NCBI GenBank assembly: GCA_964016885.1
Contig: OZ024744.1
Coordinates: forward strand, 92,814,001 to 92,878,000
Origin: Eledone cirrhosa
Taxonomy: Eukaryota
Reading direction: 5' to 3'
Length of the DNA stretch: 64,000 bases
The position numbers were made by a program, and so were the translations under genes. The notes beneath the pieces are model-generated. The model made no database searches and was not told where the DNA came from. It saw only the letters and a list, made by a program, of their open reading frames with translations. Below are positions 54,301-64,000 of the stretch, in pieces. Within the stretch, counting starts at the first letter, position 1. Every line of letters begins with the position of its first letter.

Positions 54301-57119
54301 TATCAGTCTCTTAGTATCAGTCTCTTGGTATCAACCTCTTGGTATGAGTCTCTTGGTATCAGTCTCTTGGTATCAGTCTCTTGGTATCAGTCTCTTGGTG
54401 TCAGTCTCTTGGTATCGACCTCTTGGTATCAGCCTCTTGGTATCAACCTCTTGGTATCAGTCTCTTGGTATCAGTCTCTTGGTATCAGTCTCTAGGGTTC
54501 AGCCTCTTGGTATAAGTCTATTGGTATCAGTCTCTTGGTATCAGTCTCTTGGTATCAGTCTCTTGGTATCAGTCTCTTGGTATCAGTCTCTTGGTATCAA
54601 CCTCTTGGTATCAGTCTCTTGGTATCAGTCTCTTGGTATCAGTCTCTTGGTATCAGCCTCTTGGTATCAGTCTCTTGGTATCAGTCTCTTGGTATCAGTC
54701 TCTTGGTATCAGTCTCTTGGTATCAACCTCTTGGTATCAGTCTCTTGGTATCGACCTCTTGGTATCAACCTCTTGGTATCAACCTCTTGGTATCAGTCTC
54801 TTGGTATCTGTCTCTTGGTATCAGTCTCTTGGTATCAACCATTTGGTATCAGCTACACGGTACCAACCTCTTGGTATCAGCTTCTCGGTATCAACATCTT
54901 GGTATCAGCCTCTTGGTATCAGCCACATGGTATCAACCTCTTGGTATCAGTCTATTGGTATCAGTCTCTTGGCATCAACCTCTTGGTATCAGTCTCTTGA
55001 TATCAACCTCTTGGTATCAACCTCTTGGTATCAACCTCTTGGTATCAAGCTCTTGGTATCCGCCACTTGGTATCAGTCTATTGGTATCAATCTATTGGTA
55101 TCAGCCTCTTGGTATCAACCTCTTGGTATCAGCCTCATGGTACTAGACTCTTGGTATCAGCCTTTTGGTATCAGCCTCTTGGTCGCAGCCTCTTGGTATC
55201 AGCCTCTTGGTATCAGCCTCTGGGTATCAGTCTATAGGTATCAACCTATTGGTATCAGCCTCTTGGTATCTACAACTTGGTATCAACCTCTTGGTATCAG
55301 TGTCTTGGTATCAGTCTCTTGGTATCAATCTCTTGGTATCAGCCTCTTGGTATCAGTCTCTTGGTAACAGTCTCTTGATATCAACCTCTTGGTATCAACC
55401 TCTTGGTATCAACCTCTTGGTATCAGCCTCTTGGTATCAACCACTTGGTATCAACCTCTTGGTATCAGTCTCTTGGTATCAGTCTCTTGGTATCAACCTC
55501 TTGGTATCAGCCTCTTGATATCAATTTCTTGGTATCAACCTCATGGTACTAGCCTCTTGGTACCAGCCTCTTGATATCTACCTCTTGGTATCAGCCTCTT
55601 GGTATCAGTCTCTTGGTATCAGTCTCTTGGTATCAACCATTTGGTATCAACCTCTTGGTATCAGTCACTTGGTATCAGTCTATTGGTATCAGTCTATTGG
55701 TATCAGGCTCTTGGTATAACCCATATGGTATCAGTCTCTTGATATCAACTTCTTGGTAGCAGCCTCTTGGTATCAACCTCTTGGTATCAGTCTCTTGATA
55801 TCAACCCCTTGGTATCAGCCTATTGGTGTCAGTCTATTGGTATCAGTCTCTTGTTATCAGTCTCTTGGTATCAACCTCTTGATATCGGCCTCTTGGTATC
55901 AACCTCTTGGTAGCAGCCTCTTGGTATCAGGTTCTTGGTATCAGTCTATTGGTATCAGGCTGTTGGTATAACCCATTTGGTATCAGTCTCTTGATATCAA
56001 CCTCTTGGGAGCAGCTTCTTGGTAGCAACCTCTTGGTATCAGTCTCTTGGTATCAACCTCTTGGTATCAGCCTCTTGGTATCAGTCAATTGGTATCAGTC
56101 TCTTGGTATCAGTCTCTTTGTATCAGTCTCTTGGTATCAACCTCTTGGTATCAGCCTCTTGGTATCAACGTTTTGGTATCAGTCTCTTGGTATCAACCTC
56201 TTTGTATCAGCCTCTTCGTATCTACCTCTTGGTATCAGCCTCTTGGTAGCAGCCTCTTGATATCAACCTCTTGGTATCAGTCTCTTGGTATCAACCTCTT
56301 GGTATCAAGCTCTTGGTATCAGCCACTTGGTATCAGTATATTGGTATCAACCTATTGGTATCAGCCTCTTGGTATCAACCTCTTGGTAACAAGCTCTTGG
56401 TATCAGCCACTTGGTGTCAGTCTCTTGGTATCGACCTCTTGGTATCAGCCTCTTGGTATCAGTCTCTTGGTATCCGTCTCTTGGTATCAAGCTCTTGGTA
56501 TCAGACTTTTGGTATCAACCTCTTGGTATCAGTCTCTTGGTATCAGTCTCTAGATATCAGTCTCTTGGTATCAGTCTCTTAGTATCAGTCTCTTGGTGTC
56601 AACCTCTTGGTATGAGTCTCTTGGTATCAGTCTCTTGGTATCAGTCTCTTGGTATCAGTCAGTTGGTGTCAGTCTCTTGGTATCGACCTCTTGGTATCAG
56701 CCTCTTGGTATCAACCTCTTGATATCAGTCTCTTGGTATCAGTCTCTTGGTATCAGTCTCTTGGGATCAGCCTCTTGGTATCAGTCTATTGGTATCAGTC
56801 TCTTGGTATCAGTCTCTTGGTATCAGTCTCTTGGTATCAGTCTCTTGGTATCAGTCTCTTGGTATCAGTTTCTTGGTATCAGTCTCTTGGTATCAACCTC
56901 TTGGTATCAGTCTCTTGGTATCAGTCTCTTGGTATCAGCCTCTTGGTATCAGTCTCTTGGTATCAGTCTCTTGGTATCAGTCTCTTGGTATCAGTCTTTT
57001 GGTATCAACCTCTGGGTATAAGTCTCTTGGTATCAGTCTCTTGGTATCAGTCTCTTGGTATCAGTCTCTTGGTATCAGTCTCTTGGTATCAGTCTCTTGG
57101 TATCAGCCTCTTGGTATCA

Positions 57120-60100
57120 GTCTCTTGGTATCAGTCCTTTGGTATCAGTCTCTTGGTATCAGTCTCTTGGTATCAACATCTTGGTATCAACCGCTTGGTA
57201 TCAGTCTCTTGGTATTAACCTCTTGGTATCAGTCTCTTGGTATCAGTCTCTTGGTATCAGTCTCTTGGTATCAGTCTCTTGGTATCAGTCTCTTGGTATC
57301 AGTCTCTTGGTATCAGCCTCTTGGTATCAACCTCTTGGTATCTGTCTCTTGGTATCGACCTCTTGGTATCAACCTGTTGGTATCAGTCTCTTGGTATCAG
57401 TCTCTTGGTATCTGTCTCTTGGTATCAGTCTCTTGGTATCAACCATTTGGTATCAGCTACACGGTACCAACCTCTTGGTATCAGCTTCTCGGTATCAACA
57501 TCTTGGTATCAGCCTCTTGGTATCAGCCACATGGTATCAACCTCTTGGTATCAGTCTATTGGTATCAGTCTCTTGGTATCAACCTCTTGGTATAATTCTC
57601 ATGGCATCAACCTCTTGGTATCAGTCTCTTGATATCAACCTCTTGGTATCAACCTCTTGGTATCAACCTCTTGGTATCAAGCTCTTGGTATCTGCCACTT
57701 GGTATCAGTCTATTGGTATCAACCTATTGGTATCAGCCTCTTGGTATCAACCTCTTGGTATCAGCCTCATGGTACTAGACTCTTGGTATCAGCCTCTTGG
57801 TATCAGCCTCTTGGTCGCAGCCTCTTGGTATCAGCCTCTTGGTATCAGCCTCTGGGTATCAGTCTATAGGTATCAACCTATTGGTATCAGCCTCTTGGTA
57901 TCAACCTCTTGGTATCAGTCTACTGGTATCAGTCTCTTGGCATCAAACTCTTGGTATCAGTCTCTTGATATCAACCTCTTGGTATCAACCTCTTGGTATC
58001 AACCTCTTGCTATCAAGCTGTTGGTATCAGCCACTTGGTATCAGTCTATTGGTATCAACCTATTGGTATCAGCCTCTTGGTATCAACCTCTTGGTATCAG
58101 CCTCATGGTACTAGACTCTTGGTATCAGTCTATAGGTATGAACCTATTGGTATCAGTCTCTTGGTATCAGTCTCTTGGTATCAGTCTCTTGGTATCAGTC
58201 TCTTGGTATCAGTCTCTTGGTATCAGCCTCTTGGTATCAGTCTCTTGCTATCAGTCCTTTGGTATCAGTCTCTTGGTATCAGTCTCTTGGTATCAACATC
58301 TTGGTATCAACCTCTTGGTATCAGTCTCTTGGTATTAACGTCTTGGTATCAGTCTCTTGGTATCAGTCTCTTGGTATCAGTCTCTTGGTATTAGTCTCTT
58401 GGTATCAGTCTCTTGGTATCAACCATTTGGTATCAGCTTCATGGTACCAACCTCTTGGTATCAGCTTCTCGGTATCAACATCTTGGTATCAGCCTCTTGG
58501 TATCAGCCACATGGTATCAACCTCTTGGTATCAGTCTATTGGTATCAGTCTTTGGTATCAACCTCTTGGTATAATTCTCTTGGCATCAACCTCTTGGTAT
58601 CAGTCTCTTGATATCAACCTCTTGGTATCAACCTCTTGGTATCAACCTCTTGGTATCAAGCTCTTGGTATCCACCACTTGGTATCAGTTTATTGGTATCA
58701 ACCTATTGGTATCAGCCTCTTGGTATCAACCTCTTAGTATCAGCCTCATGGTACTAGACTCTTGGTATCAGCCTCTTGGTATCAGCCTCTTGGTCGCAGC
58801 CTCTTGGTATCAGCCTGTTGGTATCAGCCTCTGGGTATCAGTCTATAGGTATCAACCTATTGGTATCAGCCTCTTGGTATCAACCTCTTGGTATCAGTCT
58901 ACTGGTATAAGTCTCTTGGCATCAAACTCTTGGTATCAGTCTCTTGATATCAACCTCTTGGTATCAACCTCTTGGTATCAACCTCTTGCTATCAAGCTGT
59001 TGGTATCAGCCACTTGGTATCAGTCTATTGGTATGAACCTATTGGTATCAGCCTCTTGGTATCAACCTCTTGGTATCAGCCTCATGGTACTAGACTCTTG
59101 GTATCAGTCTATTGGTATGAACCTATTGGTATCAGTCTCTTGGTATCAGTCTCTTGTTATCAGTCTCTTGGTATCAGTCTCTTGGTATCAGTCTCTTGGT
59201 ATCAGTCTCTTGGTATCAGTCTCTTGGTATCAGCCTCTTGGTATCAGTCTCTTGGTATCAGTCCTTTGGTATCAGTCTTTTGGTATCAGTCTCTTGGTAT
59301 CAACATCTTGGTATCAACCTCTTGGTATCAGTCTCTTGGTATTAACCTCTTGGTATCAGTCTCTTGGTATCAGTCTCTTGGTATCAGTCTCTTGGTATCA
59401 GTCTCTTGGTATCAGTCTCTTGGTATCAGTCTCTTGGTATCAGCCTCTTGGTATCAACCTCTTGGTATCTGTCTCTTGGTATCGACCTCTTGGTATCAAC
59501 CTCTTGGTATCAGTCTCTTGGTATCAGTCTCTTGGTATCTGTCTCTTGGTATCAGTCTCTTGGTATCAACCATTTGGTATCAGCTACACGGTACCAACCT
59601 CTTGGTATCAGCTTCTCGGTATCAACATCTTGGTATCAGCCTCTTGGTATCAGCCACATGGTATCAACCTCTTGGTATCAGTCTATTGGTATCAGTCTCT
59701 TGGTATCAACCTCTTGGTATCATTCTCTTGGCATCAACCTCTTGGTATCAGTCTCTTGATATCAACCTCTTGGTATCAACCTCTTGGTATCAACCTCTTG
59801 GTATCAAGCTCTTGGTATCCGCCACTTGGTATCAGTCTATTGGTATCAACCTATTGGTATCAGCCTCTTGGTATCAACCTCTTAGTATCAGCCTCATGGT
59901 ACTAGACTCTTGGTATCGGGCTCTTGGTATCAGCCTCTTGGTCGCAGCCTCTTGGTATCAGCCTCTTGGTATCAGCCTCTGGGTATCAGTCTATAGGTAT
60001 CAACCTATTGGTATCAGCCTCTTGGTATCAACCTCTTGGTATCAGACTACTGGTATCAGTCTCTTGGCATCAAACTCTTGGTATCAGTCTCTTGATATCA

Positions 60101-62390
60101 ACCTCTTGGTATCAACCTCTTGGTATCAACCTCTTGCTATCAAGCTGTTGGTATCAGCCACTTGGTATCAGTCTATTGGTATCAACCTATTGGTATCAGC
60201 CTCTTGGTATCAACCTCTTGGTATCAGCCTCATGGTACTAGACTCTTGGTATCAGTCTATTGGTATGAACCTATTGGTATCAGTCTCTTGGTATCAGTCT
60301 CTTGGTATCAGTCTCTTGGTATCAGTCTCTTGGTATCAGTCTCTTGGTATCAGCCTCTTGGTATCAGTCTCTTGCTATCAGTCCTTTGGTATCAGTCTCT
60401 TGGTATCAGTCTCTTGGTATCAACATCTTGGTATCAACCTCTTGGTATCAGTCTCTTGGTATTAACGTCTTGGTATCAGTCTCTTGGTATCAGTCTCTTG
60501 GTATCAGTCTCTTGGTATTAGTCTCTTGGTATCAGTCTCTTGGTATCAACCATTTGGTATCAGCTTCATGGTACCAACCTCTTGGTATCAGCTTCTCGGT
60601 ATCAACATCTTGGTATCAGCCTCTTGGTATCAGCCACATGGTATCAACCTCTTGGTATCAGTCTATTGGTATCAGTCTTTGGTATCAACCTCTTGGTATA
60701 ATTCTCTTGGCATCAACCTCTTGGTATCAGTCTCTTGATATCAACCTCTTGGTATCAACCTCTTGGTATCAACCTCTTGGTATCAAGCTCTTGGTATCCA
60801 CCACTTGGTATCAGTTTATTGGTATCAACCTATTGGTATCAGCCTCTTGGTATCAACCTCTTAGTATCAGCCTCATGGTACTAGACTCTTGGTATCAGCC
60901 TCTTGGTATCAGCCTCTTGGTCGCAGCCTCTTGGTATCAGCCTGTTGGTATCAGCCTCTGGGTATCAGTCTATAGGTATCAACCTATTGGTATCAGCCTC
61001 TTGGTATCAACCTCTTGGTATCAGTCTACTGGTATAAGTCTCTTGGCATCAAACTCTTGGTATCAGTCTCTTGATATCAACCTCTTGGTATCAACCTCTT
61101 GGTATCAACCTCTTGCTATCAAGCTGTTGGTATCAGCCACTTGGTATCAGTCTATTGGTATGAACCTATTGGTATCAGCCTCTTGGTATCAACCTCTTGG
61201 TATCAGCCTCATGGTACTAGACTCTTGGTATCAGTCTATTGGTATGAACCTATTGGTATCAGTCTCTTGGTATCAGTCTCTTGTTATCAGTCTCTTGGTA
61301 TCAGTCTCTTGGTATCAGTCTCTTGGTATCAGTCTCTTGGTATCAGTCTCTTGGTATCAGCCTCTTGGTATCAGTCTCTTGGTATCAGTCCTTTGGTATC
61401 AGTCTTTTGGTATCAGTCTCTTGGTATCAACATCTTGGTATCAACCTCTTGGTATCAGTCTCTTGGTATTAACCTCTTGGTATCAGTCTCTTGGTATCAG
61501 TCTCTTGGTATCAGTCTCTTGGTATCAGTCTCTTGGTATCAGTCTCTTGGTATCAGTCTCTTGGTATCAGCCTCTTGGTATCAACCTCTTGGTATCTGTC
61601 TCTTGGTATCGACCTCTTGGTATCAACCTCTTGGTATCAGTCTCTTGGTATCAGTCTCTTGGTATCTGTCTCTTGGTATCAGTCTCTTGGTATCAACCAT
61701 TTGGTATCAGCTACACGGTACCAACCTCTTGGTATCAGCTTCTCGGTATCAACATCTTGGTATCAGCCTCTTGGTATCAGCCACATGGTATCAACCTCTT
61801 GGTATCAGTCTATTGGTATCAGTCTCTTGGTATCAACCTCTTGGTATCATTCTCTTGGCATCAACCTCTTGGTATCAGTCTCTTGATATCAACCTCTTGG
61901 TATCAACCTCTTGGTATCAACCTCTTGGTATCAAGCTCTTGGTATCCGCCACTTGGTATCAGTCTATTGGTATCAACCTATTGGTATCAGCCTCTTGGTA
62001 TCAACCTCTTAGTATCAGCCTCATGGTACTAGACTCTTGGTATCGGGCTCTTGGTATCAGCCTCTTGGTCGCAGCCTCTTGGTATCAGCCTCTTGGTATC
62101 AGCCTCTGGGTATCAGTCTATAGGTATCAACCTATTGGTATCAGCCTCTTGGTATCAACCTCTTGGTATCAGACTACTGGTATCAGTCTCTTGGCATCAA
62201 ACTCTTGGTATCAGTCTCTTGATATCAACCTCTTGGTATCAACCTCTTGGTATCAACCTCTTGCTATCAAGCTGTTGGTATCAGCCACTTGGTATCAGTC
62301 TAATGGTATCAACCTATTGGTATCAGCCTCTTGGTATCAACCTCTTGGTATCAGCCTCATGGTACTAGACTCTTGGTATCAGTCTATTGG
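57120..62390. repeat. Tandem higher-order repeat, period 2127 bp (152 monomers minus 1 nt), ~2.4 copies, itself a dimer of 980-bp and 1147-bp subunits
   Basis: The 576-aa translations at 58175 and 60302 are identical, and ORFs at 57237/59364/61491 are spaced 2127 apart. The aaccatttggtatcagct marker occurs at 57441, 58421, 59568, 60548 and 61695 (steps 980, 1147, 980, 1147). A 1-bp deletion is shared at ~58551 and ~60678. Confidence 0.94.
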
Positions 62391-62839
62391 TCTGAACCTA
62401 TTGGTATCAGCCTCTTGGTATCAACCTCTTGGTATCAGCCTCTTGGTATCAGCCTCTTGGTATCAACCTCTTGGTAGCAGCCTCTTGGTATCAGTCTATT
62501 GGTATCAATCTCTTGGTATCAGTCTATTGGTATCAATCTCTTGGTATCAACCTCTTGGTATCAGTCTCTTGGTATCAGGCTCTTGGTATAACCCACTTAG
62601 TATCAGTCTCTTTGTATCAGCCTCTTGGTATCTACAACTTGGTATCAACCTCTTGGTATCAGTGTCTTGGTATCAGTCTCTTGGTATCAATCTCTTGGTT
62701 GTCAGCCTCTTGGTATCAGTCTCTTGGTATCAGTCTCTTGATATCAACCTCTTGGTATCAGTCTCTTGGTATCGACCTCTTGGTATCAACCTCTTGGTAT
62801 CAACCTCTTGGTATCAACCTCTTGGTATCAGCCTCTTGG

Positions 62840-63660
62840 TATCAACCTCTTGGTATCAACCTCTTGGTATCAGTCGCTTGGTATAAGTCTCTTGGTATCA
62901 ACCTCTTGGTATCAGCCTCTTGATATCAATTTCTTGGTATCAACCTCATGGTACTAGCCTCTTGGTACCAGCCTCTAGATATCTACCTCTTGGTATCAGC
63001 CCCTTGGTATCAGTCTCTTGGTATCAGTCTCTTGGTATCAACCATTTGGTATCAACCTCTTGGTATCAGTCACTTGGTATCAGTCTACTGGTATCAGTCT
63101 ATTGGTATCAGGCTCTTGGTATAACCCATATGGTATCAGTCTCTTGATATCAACTTCTTGGTAGCAGCCTCTTGGTATCAACCTCTTGGTATCAGTCTCT
63201 TGATATCAACCCCTTGGTATCAGCCTATTGGTATCAGTCTATTGGTATCAGTCTCTTGTTATCAGTCTCTTGGTATCAACCTCTTGATATCGGCCTCTTG
63301 GTATCAACCTCTTGGTAGCAGCCTCTTGGTATCAGGTTCTTGGTATCAGTCTATTGGTATCAGGCTGTTGGTATAACCCATTTGGTATCAGTCTCTTGAT
63401 AACAACCTCTTGGTAGCAGCTTCTTGGTATCAACCTCTTGGTATCAGTCTCTTGGTATCAACCTCTTGGTATCAGCCTCTTGGTATCAGTCTATTGGTAT
63501 CAGTCTCTTGGTATCAGTCTCTTTGTATCAGTCTCTTGGTATCAACCTCTTGGTATCAGCCTCTTGTTATCAACGTTTTGGTATCAGTCTCTTGGTATCA
63601 ACCTCTTTGTATCAGCCTCTTCGTATCTACCTCTTGGTATCAGCCTCTTGGTAGCAGCCT
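62840..63660. repeat. Block copied from or with ~55.45-56.25 kb (offset 7405 = 529x14-1)
   Basis: The private markers tcaatttctt, aacccatatgg, caacttcttggtagc, gatatcggcc and caacgttttgg occur in both. The 72-aa translations at 55753 and 63158 are near-identical. Confidence 0.85.
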
Positions 63661-64000
63661 CTTGGTATCAACATCTTGGTATCAGTCTCTTGGTATCAGC
63701 CACTTGGTATCAACCTCTTGGTATCAGTCTCTTGGTATCAGTCTCTTGGTATCAGTCTCTTGATATCAACCTCTTGGTATCAACCTCTTGGTATCAACCT
63801 TTTGGTATCAACCTCTTGGTATCAGTCTCTTGGTATCAGTCTCTTGGTATCAGTCTCTTGGTATCAGCCTCTTGGTATCAGTCTATTGGTATCAGTCTCT
63901 TGGTATCAGTCTCTTGCTATCAGTCTCTTGGTATCAGTCTCTTGGTATCAACCTCTTGGTATCAGTCTCTTGGTATCAGTCACTTGGTATCAACCTCTTG

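Larger units (their letters stand above)
1..64000. repeat. 14-bp tandem satellite array, consensus CTCTTGGTATCAGT (reverse complement ACTGATACCAAGAG), ~4,570 monomers, single orientation, truncated by both window ends
   Basis: GGTATC-type cores recur every 14 nt from position 7 to the window end. Main alleles are GGTATCAGTCTCTT, GGTATCAACCTCTT and GGTATCAGCCTCTT. The consensus monomer is T6 C3 G3 A2 (43% GC, T-rich + strand, no CpG). I saw no non-repeat sequence or inverted segment. Confidence 0.99.

Noticed and set aside
75-63763. Hundreds of + strand ORFs (up to 817 aa) as protein-coding genes
   Set aside because: They overlap in all three frames with the same periodic peptide, mostly start at the TTG inside the monomer, have no unique domain or RBS/promoter context, and end at random variant-created stops.
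1-64000. CRISPR array
   Set aside because: The monomers are 14 bp and directly abutting. There are no unique spacers, leader or cas genes.
1-64000. Telomerase-made tract or reverse-transcriptase concatemer (DRT2/Neo-like endless ORF)
   Set aside because: Repeated copying of one short RNA template would give uniform units with independent errors. Here rare variants are inherited in kilobase blocks with nested duplications, which indicates DNA-level amplification. No RT gene or chromosome end is visible. A remote telomeric origin of the monomer cannot be excluded.
1-64000. Pure sequencing or rolling-circle amplification artefact
   Set aside because: There is no single fixed period. Paralogous blocks show graded divergence and share indels and substitutions in identical context. 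Individual near-identical duplications still need read-level confirmation.
1-64000. Plasmid iterons, parS or operator array
   Set aside because: Such arrays normally comprise a few to tens of sites next to rep/par genes. None are present here and the scale is thousands of units.
1-64000. tRNA, rRNA, structured ncRNA, terminators, transposon ends
   Set aside because: I saw no non-satellite sequence and no inverted repeat longer than the 10-12 bp monomer dyad.

Overview
The whole 64 kb window is one uninterrupted head-to-tail tandem array (satellite DNA) of a 14-bp monomer. The consensus is CTCTTGGTATCAGT, about 4,570 copies, all in one orientation, and the array runs off both edges. I see no unique sequence, genuine gene, RNA gene, transposon or CRISPR spacer. 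All listed ORFs are by-products of a monomer that has no stop codon on the + strand; because 14 is not divisible by 3, all three frames give LLVSVSWYQSLGIS. The informative structure is inside the array. (i) Three dominant monomer alleles differ only at the 2 nt after the conserved GGTATCA core (GT, AC, GC). (ii) Multi-monomer variant cassettes recur in a conserved order. (iii) Nested higher-order duplications have periods from 28 bp to ~5 kb (notably 2001, 2127 = 980+1147, 2702, ~3.8 kb, ~5.0 kb), plus copies 7-42 kb apart. (iv) There are only 17 single-base register shifts (16 deletions, 1 insertion), with a 31-kb stretch of unbroken 14-bp phase. (v) The monomer has a near-palindromic core, TTGGTATCAA. 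Host and function cannot be determined from this sequence. Eukaryotic heterochromatic, centromeric or subtelomeric satellite is the most economical reading, but it is an inference. Coordinates were read by eye and are approximate to a few bases; duplication end-points are uncertain by up to tens of bases.
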